Positions 10,877 to 21,991 of a stretch of DNA of 34,093 nucleotides are shown in pieces. The DNA is taken from NCBI RefSeq assembly GCF_001194135.2, contig NC_068991.1:19203963-19238055 (forward strand), written 5' to 3'. Position 1 is the first letter of the stretch. Every line of letters begins with the position of its first letter. A model generated the notes under the pieces. It saw nothing but the letters and a program-made list of their open reading frames with translations, did no database searches and was not told the origin of the DNA. The position numbers were made by a program, and so were the translations under genes. This DNA is from Octopus bimaculoides (lineage: Eukaryota).

Positions 10877-11590
10877 AAGAAAGAGAGCGAGAGAGAGAGA
10901 GAAAGAAAGAGAGCGAGAGAGAGAGAGAAAGAGAGGGAAAGGAAGAGAGGGAGTTGGGGTGGGAATGAAAGCCCGAGAGAGTGGAAATGCGAGGGAGAAA
11001 GAGTACAAGAGTAAAAAGGTAGAGATGTAAAGAAAGAAAATTGGAGGAAGGATGTGGTACCGTGTCTGATTCACTTCCGATCTATAAACCCTCCCCCAAC
11101 GCCATCCGGTCCCACCCCAACACGAAACCGACTCCCCCCTCCACACACCTCCACCTGATCTACCTTCATATTATTTATTTATTTATGGATTTTCATTTAT
11201 CTTCTTACTCTCTCCTCCACCCTCTTTCCTTCACATTGCTTTTCCTGTCTCTCTGTCTCAGAGTACCTCCTACCAAGTCTCTTTCTCATACTAATCCTCT
11301 TCCTCTCTGTTCGTTTCTATCTCCTTCTTCAAACACGCTGTCTCTGTCTCTTTCTGTCTCTCTCTCTCTTTCTCGATTTCTATCCTATCCAGTCTTCTTC
11401 ATACACTAACACCCTTTCTTTCAGTTTACCCCCTCTTTCTCGATCTCTCTGCCTGTCTCCATCCTCTTACCTCTCCCTCTGCCACACACGATCTCCATCC
11501 CTCCCTCTTTCCCTCCGTCTCTCCCCCTCCCCTCTTCCTCCTTGTATATCTGTCTGTCTGGTTCTCTTTCCAGTTGCTTCTCTCTCTCTT
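10780..11590. repeat. (TG)n, then polypurine (GA)n tract (10860-11050), then polypyrimidine CT-rich tract (about 11130-11590)
   Basis: Directly visible. Confidence 0.85.
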
Positions 11591-11624
11591 ACGATACTAA
11601 AGTAACTTCAATTTTTTTCGTATT

Positions 11625-11639
11625 TCATATATGTATACA

Positions 11640-11676
<37 letters not shown>

Positions 11677-11948
11677 TTTCAAAGTGAAACTTTGGAGATA
11701 TATATATATAAATATATATATATATATTTATATATATATATATATATAAATATATATANNNNNNNNNNATATATATGTATGTATGCATGCATGCATGTAT
11801 ACATGTATGTATGAATGTACGTACGTACGTACATATGTACGTACGTATGCATGTATTCATTTTCATTTCTAGTTTCAGCTCATGAGCTGTGGCCATGCTG
11901 TATGTATGTATGTATGTATGTATGTATCTGTCTGTCTGTCTGCCTGCC

Positions 11949-12021
<73 letters not shown>

Positions 12022-12225
12022 GTCTGTCTGTCTGTCTTTCTGCCTGTCTGTCTGACTCTGTGTCTCTGTCTGACGTTCTATTTATACATCTATACGAGTA
12101 TATATATCAATATGTATGTATTCATGTATGTATATACGAGCGTGTATACTGCGTATATATGTGTGTGTATGTATTTATACCTGTCAATCAGCCAGTCTAT
12201 CAGTCTGTCTGTTTTTATGTACAAG
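11625..12225. repeat. (TA)n, (TATG)n, (TCTG)n, (TCTA)n compound microsatellites
   Basis: Directly visible. A ~40-bp SINE-tail fragment (tttcagctcatgagctgtggccatgctg) lies at about 11870-11900. Confidence 0.9.
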
Positions 12226-12274
12226 CCACAGCAACAACAGAAACAGTAATAAACACGGCATCTATATGAAAAAC

Positions 12275-12573
12275 TACCACCACTACTACCACCTCGACCA
12301 TCATCAACAATAAAATACCACCACCACGACCACCACGACAACGGCCACCACTACCATGGCCACCACTACCATGGCCACCACTACCACCACCACCACCACC
12401 ACCACCACCACCAATACTTCAGCAGCAACAGGAACACCAGCTTCAACCACGGCAAGCACCACCTTCACACCACCAACGATATCATCCAAAACCAGCAACA
12501 TCATCATCGTCATCATCGTCATCATCGCTATCATCTTCTTCATCATCATCGTCATCGTCATCATCACCATCAC

Positions 12574-12616
<43 letters not shown>

Positions 12617-13335
12617 GTCATCGTCATCGTCATCGTCATCATCATCGTCATCGTCATCGTCATCATCATCGTCGTCGTCGTCGTCATCATCGTCATCGTC
12701 AATATCATCCTTCATCTCTTCTTCCGCCGCCTCCTCCTCCTCTTCCTCCTCCTCCTCCTCCTCCTCTTCATCATCATCATCCTCATCCTCCTCATCATCA
12801 TTATCGTCGTCATCATCATCATCGTCGTCGCTGTCGTCATCGTCATCATCATCATCATCGTTATCATCATCATCATCATCATCATCATCATCGTCGTCGT
12901 CGTCGTCGTCCTCCTCCTCCTCCTCCTAATCAACATCATCATCATCATCATCCTCATCATCATCAACGTCAACAGCAACAGCGAAGACGACGACGACGAC
13001 GACGACGACAACAACAACAACAAAAAGCAACAGTAGTAGCTGGAACAGCAACAGCAGTAACACCAGAACCACCACCACCACCACCAAAACAACCACAAAC
13101 AACAACAACAGGAACAACAGCAGTAGCATGCAACAGCAGCATCAGCAATGGCTGCTGCAATAAAAGACAGAAAGACAAAACACACACACACACACACACA
13201 TTAATTGAAGAAACATTAACAAAACAAAAGCAAAACAAATCCACATCTCATGGACGCCACAGTGACTACCACCACAACCACAACCACAACCATAGCCACC
13301 ATTATAAACCCCACCACCACCACCAACACTACCAG

Positions 13336-13376
<41 letters not shown>

Positions 13377-13410
13377 TTGCCACCGCCAACCACAACAATA
13401 CTATCACCAT
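12275..13410. repeat. ~1.1-kb compound trinucleotide satellite (ACC, CAT/CGT, CCT, GAC/AAC, CAG, ACT)
   Basis: Directly visible; source of the poly-T/I/V/D/L ORFs. Confidence 0.95.
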
Positions 13411-13471
13411 TCAGTGTTTTGCAACACAAAAGACGCCACATCTTCATCTATTCCATCTCCCGTGACCAAGA

Positions 13472-13595
13472 AACACACACATACACACACACACAAACAT
13501 ACACACACAAACATACACACACATGCATGTATAAGCGTTAGACATACGCACATGCATGCTCACACATACTGAATATACATACATACATACATACA

Positions 13596-13631
<36 letters not shown>

Positions 13632-13701
13632 TATGTATAGATATATGTATACATACCACACGCACACATATGCACACACACACACACGCACCACACACGC
13701 A

Positions 13702-13737
<36 letters not shown>

Positions 13738-13906
13738 ACACACACACACACACACTGGTTCTGCATAGTCTTCTCATTAATTATTAGCAAGTCCTACCTT
13801 TGGTAAATGGCGTGACCAACAATGAGACTTCACAACACAAACGGAGCTGGGAATTGCAAAGGAGAAAAAATGGAGAAAAATGATACATCTCCACAATGTG
13901 CATGTG

Positions 13907-13944
<38 letters not shown>

Positions 13945-14395
13945 GGGAGGGAGTGTAAATGAAAGAGCGAAACAAATGTATAAGAAAGTAGGTCTGTATT
14001 TTTTTTTTGCGTGTGCAAATGTGTTTTCATATGCATGAGTGTTTGTGTGGGCGTGTGTGTATGTATGTATATGTGTCCATGCATGTGTGTATACACACGC
14101 ATAAACACATCTATATCTATACATTATATATGTGTAGATTTTTCTTTCCATATCTAAATTTATTTGTCAATAGATAGAGATATATATGTATACACATGCA
14201 TGCGTACATAAACACAGACACACAGACACACACATGCACACACATGCGCATACACTCACACGAACATATCGTGCTCACACACAAACGTACACTCACATGC
14301 ACGTATACAAACACACAGAGATACACACACATAAACACATACACACACACTCTGTCTGTCTGTCTCTGTCTCACACACACACAATCTCTCACACG
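13472..14395. repeat. CA/TG/CATA microsatellite cluster with a short unique island at about 13755-13900
   Basis: Directly visible. Confidence 0.9.
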
Positions 14396-14658
14396 AGCAT
14401 CTTTTGGTGTTAAGGTTGTTAAATGATAAATAACAAATTTCTACTCAATACTATGGACTCAATACTACGAGTAGAGTAAAGATTTATTATCCAGAGGGAT
14501 CGACTGTGACTCCAATTTTTGCTTTACTGGTTTTATTGAAACACTTTCTCCAGAAAATACAGCAAAAAGAAAAATATTAAACAAACATGTATTTGTTATT
14601 TTGGTACGTTAAAGATTAGAATGTCGCAGGAAAGACCTCCAAGGTGAGAGAGAGCGAA

Positions 14659-14725
<67 letters not shown>

Positions 14726-15198
14726 NNNNNNNNNNNNNNNNNNNNNNNNNNNNNNNNNNNNNNNNNNNNNNNNNNNNNNNNNNNNNNNNNNNNNNNNNNN
14801 NNNNNNNNNNNNNNNNNNNNNNNNNNNNNNNNNNNNNNNNNNNNNNNNNNNNNNNNNNNNNNNNNNNNNNNNNNNNNNNNNNNNNNNNNNNNNNNNNNNN
14901 NNNNNNNNNNNNNNNNNNNNNNNNNNNNNNNNNNNNNNNNNNNNNNNNNNNNNNNNNNNNNNNNNNNNNNNNNNNNNNNNNNNNNNNNNNNNNNNNNNNN
15001 NNNNNNNNNNNNNNNNNNNNNNNNNNNNNNNNNNNNNNNNNNNNNNNNNNNNNNNNNNNNNNNNNNNNNNNNNNNNNNNNNNNNNNNNNNNNNNNNNNNN
15101 NNNNNNNNNNNNNTATCATTAAGAGCCTACATTTCACGTAAAATGGAAGAGGCTAAAATTTCACATGGAGAAAAGGAGTGATAGGATTTTGTTTGAAA

Positions 15199-15690
15199 GG
15201 CGCAGGAATGGCTGTGTGATAAGTAGCTTGCTTACCAACCACATGGTTCTGGGTTCAGTCCTACTGCGTGGCATCTTGGGCAAGTGTCTTCTACTATAGC
15301 CTCGGGCCGACCAAAGCCTTGTGAGNNNNNNNNNNTGCGTGGCATCTTGGGCAAGTGTCTTCTACTATAGCCTCGGGCCGACCAAAGCCTTGTGAGTGGA
15401 TTTGGTAGACGGAAACTGAAAGAAGCCTGTCGTATATATATGTATATATATGTATTTGTATGTGTGTGTTTGTGTGTCTGTGTTCGTCCTCCTAGCATTG
15501 CTTGACAACCGATGCTGGTGTGTTTATGTCCCCGTCACTTAGCGGTTCGGCAAAAGAGACCGATAGAATAAGTACTAGGGGTCGAGTACAAAGAATAACT
15601 CCCGAGGTCGATTTGCTCGACTAAAGGCGGTGCTCCAGCATGGCCGCAGTCAAATGACTGAAACAAGTAAAGAGTAAAGAGTAAGAGTAA
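15199..15690 (+). mobile_element. Family A tRNA-derived SINE, essentially full length (CORE-SINE-like)
   Basis: tRNA-like head ggcgcagga.tggctgtgtg.taag (A box) ... gggttcagtcc (B box). It is followed by CORE-like cttgggcaagtgtctt, an internal TA/TG microsatellite, a 3' tail and (taaagag)n. Five or more further copies occur in the window. Resemblance to the published octopus OR-type CORE-SINEs is from memory and unverified. Confidence 0.92.
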
Positions 15691-15820
15691 TGTAATATAT
15701 AGTAAAAAGTCTTTTAAAGAAGTTTCTGAAATATAAAGAACAATCGCTTTAAGTTTCTTTTGTAAGAAGGTGTACAAAAAATATTCATTTTTATTTTTTT
15801 ATCTAATGATACAGTGAAAA

Positions 15821-16129
15821 GCTGGCACTACGTCCAGTTAATCCGATCAACGGAACAGCCTCCTCATGAAATTAACGTGCAAGTGGCTGAACGTTGCACA
15901 GGCACATGTGCCCTTAACGTAGTTCTCACGAAGAATCAGAGTGACAACAAAAATGTGAACAGGCTGCCCCCTTTGAAATACAAGTACTGCTCATTTTTGC
16001 CAGCTGAGTGAATTGGAGCAACGTGAAATACAGTGTCTTGCTCAAGGACACTACGCACCGCTGGAGTTCGAACTCACGGCCTTACGGTCGTGAGCCGAAT
16101 ACCCCTGACCACTAAGCCACGCTCCTTCA
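15821..16129 (-). mobile_element. Family C tRNA-derived SINE
   Basis: Minus strand starts ggagcgtggcttagtggtcaggg (A box) ... gtgagttcgaactcc (B box), then gtgtccttgagcaagacact (CORE/V-domain-like). The tail ccagtt.atccgatcaacggaacagcct.ctc.tgaaattaacgtgcaagtggctga is shared with 30340-30410. Confidence 0.9.
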
Positions 16130-16199
16130 TCATTAAGTGTTAATAACGTCATGTAAAACAAGAAACTATGGTTTTACATGCAGAAAATGGATGACAGGA

Positions 16200-16223
16200 T
16201 TGATAATGATGGTGATGATGATG

Positions 16224-16279
<56 letters not shown>

Positions 16280-16368
16280 GTATATATATGTATTATAATA
16301 TATATATGTATATGTATGTGTTTGTGTGTATATATATGTATGTATAATATATATATATATATGTATAT

Positions 16369-16414
<46 letters not shown>

Positions 16415-16422
16415 TGAAAACC

Positions 16423-16458
<36 letters not shown>
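16200..16458. repeat. (GAT)n, (CA)n, (TA)n microsatellites
   Basis: Directly visible. Confidence 0.95.
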
Positions 16459-17051
16459 GGTTATGAAGAAAGAAAGCAGAAAATAGCTCCATCAGTGCTA
16501 ACTGTGAGAGAATATCCTCGACAGCCACACAGTTCCACGCCTTCTCGATCTTTTAGGTGGCTTTTTCCCCCCATATTTCGAGCTAAGCTGTTTTCCCTGT
16601 ATTTTCAAGAACTTTCGTTTCTCTTGTTTGTCTGTGACAATCGTTTTCATTGCCTAGTATCTAAATAATCCTTTTAGATGACATCTTTCTGATTAATCTC
16701 TCATTATTGTAATCATTGCAGCTTTCTTTACATCATTTCATCGGTTGTTTTGTACCTATCGGTCAAATTCGTTGTCGTAGCCGGTTTCTCTTGATTGTCA
16801 TTGTTTCAATTGTTCAATATGTTGCTGGTAATATTATTTCAAATTAATGTCGTGTTGTCGTTTTTCATTAGTCAAGTCTCTATTAAATGCAGTTTTCATT
16901 AACCGATTCTTTATTATATCCGGTTTCTATAAGTGTTGTTATTCTGCTGTAGTCTTCAGTTTTGGTTATTGTACTCGGTGTCTGGGTTTTGTCGTTCGTT
17001 TCCATTGCGTACTTCATTGATCGCTCTGTTTTCAGGTCAGTATAAGTTGTT

Positions 17052-17173
17052 AGTTGTTGATAATGACAATGGTGATGATGATGGTGATCATGGCGATGAT
17101 GATGATGATGATGATGATGAAGAACATGACGATGACAACGTTGATAACGACGATGACTATATTGTCATTATTA

Positions 17174-17219
<46 letters not shown>

Positions 17220-17358
17220 CGACGCTGACGATGACAACGATGATAGTTATGATGATGATACTGATAATGATGGTGGTGGTGATGGTGGACGCCTGGATTG
17301 TCATGATGANNNNNNNNNNATAATGATGGTGGTGGTGATGGTGGACGCCTGGATTGTC

Positions 17359-17411
<53 letters not shown>

Positions 17412-17616
17412 GATGATAACGATGACGATGAAGATGACTACGTTGATAACGACGATGACTACATTTTAATTATTATTATTGATGATGATGATATGATGAT
17501 GATGATGATGATGATGACGACGACGACGACGACGATGATGTTAATTATGATGATGATGCTGATAATGGTGGTGGTGGTGGTGGTGATGGTGGACGCCTGG
17601 ATCGTCATGATGATGG

Positions 17617-17647
<31 letters not shown>

Positions 17648-18165
17648 GAAGTTGATGACGATGACGATGACAACGATGAAGACATTGATAATATTGATAA
17701 TGATGGCCGTGATGGTTATAAAGGTAATGACAGTGCGAAGGCGATGACGAATACGACAACGATGACGATGATGATAATGAGGATATGGATACTGCTACTA
17801 CTGCTGCTACTACTGCTGCTGCTGATGAGGAGGATAGAAACGATGACGATGATAATGATGACGTCCATAATGATCACGGTCATGGCAAGAGGATGATGAG
17901 GATGATGATGACAACGACGACTATAACACACTTTGACAAAGACGACGAGGACGACGTCGGTAAAAATGATGATGACAGCGACTATGACCGTGAGGATAAC
18001 TATAAAGCTGCTACTGCTAATAATAATAATAATAATAATGGTGATAATAATAACAATGATACTGATAATGTTGCTCCTTATACCGCTACTGCCGTAGATA
18101 ATTATTGGTGGAAGAGGTAGTGGTAGACGTGACAGAATTGGCGATGGTAACGACGCTGACGTCTG
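17052..18165. repeat. (GAT/GAC)n satellite with higher-order repeat units
   Basis: Recurring non-triplet landmarks: ggtggacgcctggat(t/c)gtcatgat at about 17284, 17340 and 17588, and cgttgataacgacgatgacta at about 17139 and 17441. Confidence 0.9.
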
Positions 18166-18359
18166 ATGAGACAAGTAATAATGAAAATGAGCTGTCTACA
18201 TGCAACAATTAAATGGAACGCAGACGTTATTGTAAGAATACCTGAAATGGTAATGAATGAATGAAAAAAATATTAAAAAAAATAAAAATAAACAAACATG
18301 AATTAAATAGTATGGAATTAAACGGTGAACCAATTCGATTGATTTGTTTACTTATTTCA

Positions 18360-18376
18360 TAATAATGATGAAGAAA

Positions 18377-18452
<76 letters not shown>

Positions 18453-18787
18453 TAATAATAATAATAATGGTATCATTTGCCACAGGGCGATGGATGAGGG
18501 GACTNNNNNNNNNNNNNNNNNNNNNNNNNNNNNNNNNNNNNNNNNNNNNNNNNNNNNNNNNNNNNNNNNNNNNNNNNNNNNNNNNNNNNNNNNNNNNNNN
18601 NNNNNNNNNNNNNNNNNNNNNNNNNNNNNNNNNNNNNNNNNNNNNNNNNNNNNNNNNNNNNNNNNNNNNNNNNNNNNNNNNNNNNNNNNNNNNNNNNNNN
18701 NNNNNNNNNNNNNNNNNNNNNNNNNNNNNNNNNNNNNNNNNNNNNNACTGTAAGCCAAAATTGTTATCATGAATAATAATGATGATG

Positions 18788-18885
<98 letters not shown>

Positions 18886-19089
18886 CAATTAAAAGTAAAA
18901 CGTAAAAAGTATTAAAAAAATTATATAAAATAATTCATTATATTATTGTTGTTGTTATTGTTGTGAATATTGTTATTTTTGCACTCTACTTCAAGTTTGC
19001 ATTTGGTTTTTATGTTTTGCATGGGATTTGTATGTTTGTAGCTTTCTTCTGTTATTTTTTGAACTTGGGGCAATTAAGTAATTGTCAAA

Positions 19090-19153
<64 letters not shown>

Positions 19154-19170
19154 CATTATTATCATCATCA

Positions 19171-19261
<91 letters not shown>

Positions 19262-19301
19262 CATCATCATTATTATTATTATTATTATCATTATTATTAT
19301 A

Positions 19302-19361
<60 letters not shown>

Positions 19362-19555
19362 GTCATTACTATTATTATCATTATTATTATTATGTTCATT
19401 ATTATTAATATTGCCATTGTTGTTATTATCATTACTATTATTATTATTATCATTGTTATTATCATAATTATTGTAATTATTGTTTTTGGCATAATTATTA
19501 TCATTATTATTTTTCTTATTATTATTAGTATTATTGTTGTTGTTGTTGTTATTAC

Positions 19556-19622
<67 letters not shown>

Positions 19623-20033
19623 GTTATTGTTATAATAATTAAAGAATCGCCACTACAAACTATTATTGTAGTGGTTGTTGTGTTTGTTCCTGTTGTTGTT
19701 GCAAATGTTGCTGTTGGTATTGTTACTATTGTTGTTCTTGCTGTTGTATTGACTTTTGTGTTTATTAGTTCGCTTCCTTCTCTCTACTTCTCCCTGTCCC
19801 CCCACGTCCTCTCTCTTTCTCTTCCACTCTCATGTTTTCTTAATAATATTTTAATGAAATTCAAAACAAAACAAAATAAAACAAGATTAAAATAAAATAA
19901 GAATACAATAAAGGCAAAAAATACAAAGGAACAAACAAATTAGTTGATTATTCAAAAGTGAAAGTAGAAATAATCAAGTAGAAATAGAAAAAAAAGTGGA
20001 AAATAGAATAATAATAATAATAATAATAATAAT

Positions 20034-20065
<32 letters not shown>

Positions 20066-20299
20066 GCAATGATAATGTTAATAATAACAATAGCGATAAA
20101 ACAATGATTATAATAAATAAATGAATGAATTTTTTTTTTAAATTAAAAATATCCCGAAAAAATCTTCATACAACAATAACCAAAAAAACAACAAAATACT
20201 AACAAGGACATAAAGAAAAGTTTAACCTGAGAACAATTGTGGTGTACGAGGGAGAGAGTGATGAGAGCACGGTGTCATCGCATTGACAAGGAAGGCCAA

Positions 20300-20362
<63 letters not shown>

Positions 20363-20418
20363 CATAATAATAATAATAATTATTATTATTATAAAATTAA
20401 TAATAATGAGGAGGATAA

Positions 20419-20494
<76 letters not shown>

Positions 20495-20539
20495 TATTAT
20501 TATTATTATTATTATTATAAANNNNNNNNNNTGATGAGG

Positions 20540-20604
<65 letters not shown>

Positions 20605-20650
20605 TATTATTATTATTATTATTATTATTATAATAATAACAAAAATAATA
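18360..20650. repeat. Large (AAT)n and (ATT)n arrays of alternating orientation
   Basis: (GAT/AAT)n at 18360-18470 and 18770-18885; (ATT)n at 19090-19640; (AAT)n at 20007-20065 and 20300-20640. Confidence 0.95.
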
Positions 20651-21199
20651 GCAATGGCAATAAATAAAATTTATAAAATAAAATTACTAAAAACTGGCAT
20701 GAGCGAAAAATAACCAAAAGAAAAAAAAAAAAGAATGAAATGGGATGAAATAAAAATCGAAAGTGAGAGTCGCAATTGCGAGTAGGCATTCTTTATTGTA
20801 TTATTTTGCTACGAGTTCCAGGTAGTCGTTAGATCGCGGTCATGCTGGAGCAGTGTCAGTATCAGGGGTTTAATAATCGTTTATGTTGATCCTAGTACTC
20901 TGTCATATAATTGTGCGTGTGTATTTTTTTTTCTATTTCATCGAGTGCGTGGTTGGTGGGGGGAGTTAATTCAACCGAGTGGAAGGATTTGAATACCGCA
21001 ATATATTTTTGTTCATTCAATGCTCAACCGATTCTGCCGTGTCTCAAACGAGTGATACAGCTCTCGAGGTGCTGACGAAGTTGTCAATTGTCATGCTCTG
21101 CAATCGACAATTGATAAAGAGAATAGACCGGCATACAAGGTGCATGTACATTATACATACACACATACATGCATATATACGCACACATATATATATATT

Positions 21200-21360
21200 C
21201 GAAACGCCTGTGTTAGAATGGGGGTAGCTGATGAAAGAAAATGTTGTCTATGTGGCCTGTGTGTGTTCTGTACTCTGATTATTATTATTTTTTTGTCTAC
21301 GTTTTGTTTGCAATGTCCTGTACCCAGATATACACCTATATATACAGGTAGACGTAGGTA
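21200..21360 (+). repeat. Unclassified dispersed repeat, copy 1
   Basis: Shares cgaaa..~22 nt..agctga(t/c)gaa(a)g...gtggc...(t/c)gtcctgtacc(ca/ct)gatat with 28117-28260. Confidence 0.65.
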
Positions 21361-21991
21361 TGCACATACCTGTACGTATATATGCATATACTCATTTATT
21401 ATTTGTTTTATATANNNNNNNNNNNNNNNNNNNNNNNNNNNNNNNNNNNNNNNNNNNNNNNNNNNNNNNNNNNNNNNNNNNNNNNNNNNNNNNNNNNNNN
21501 NNNNNNNNNNNNNNNNNNNNNNNNNNNNNNNNNNNNNNNNNNNNNNNNNNNNNNNNNNNNNNNNNNNNNNNNNNNNNNNNNNNNNNNNNNNNNNNNNNNN
21601 NNNNNNNNNNNNNNNNNNNNNNNNNNNNNNNNNNNNNNNNNNNNNNNNNNNNNNNNNNNNNNNNNNNNNNNNNNNNNNNNNNNNNNNNNNNNNNNNNNNN
21701 NNNNNNNNNNNNNNNNNNNNNNNNNNNNNNNNNNNNNNNNNNNNNNNNNNNNNNNNNNNNNNNNNNNNNNNNNNNNNNNNNNNNNNNNNNNNNNNNNNNN
21801 NNNNNNNNNNNNNNNNNNNNNNNNNNNNNNNNNNNNNNNNNNNNNNNNNNNNNNNNNNNNNNNNNNNNNNNNNNNNNNNNNNNNNNNNNNNNNNNNNNNN
21901 NNNNNNNNNTTAATAGATTTTCAATATATATATTAAGATTTCATATATATATATATACATATATATATGTGTATGTGTGTGTGTGTGTGTA

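Noticed and set aside
15199-15275. tRNA genes at SINE heads (also 16060-16126, 23135-23212, 30053-30140)
   Set aside because: A and B boxes are present, but there is no complete cloverleaf or acceptor stem, and each runs into a SINE body.
16150-16180. Perfect 10-bp inverted repeat catgtaaaac-N11-gttttacatg
   Set aside because: Isolated and AT-rich, with no CTRR Helitron end or other context; plausible by chance.
16470-17050. T-rich 580-bp unique block as a minus-strand retroelement ORF
   Set aside because: Frequent stops and no recognisable motifs; only strand-biased composition.
16933-17469. Asp-rich ORF resembling Aspein/Asprich shell proteins
   Set aside because: It lies entirely in a (GAT)n satellite, crosses a gap, starts at a non-ATG codon, and similar tracts recur throughout the window. 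Kept only as a repeat-structure finding.
18163-18190. CTGATGA (gtctgatgagacaag) as a hammerhead core
   Set aside because: There is no stem II or GAAAC at a suitable distance, and it sits at the edge of a GAT satellite.
20225-20286. Protein-like frame NLRTIVVYEGESDESTVSSH*
   Set aside because: No credible acceptor or start, very short, and flanked by AT-rich satellites.
21314-21355. miR-10/miR-993-like hairpin (cctgtacccagat...tacaggta)
   Set aside because: The seed and mature sequences do not match, pairing is poor, and it belongs to a two-copy dispersed repeat.
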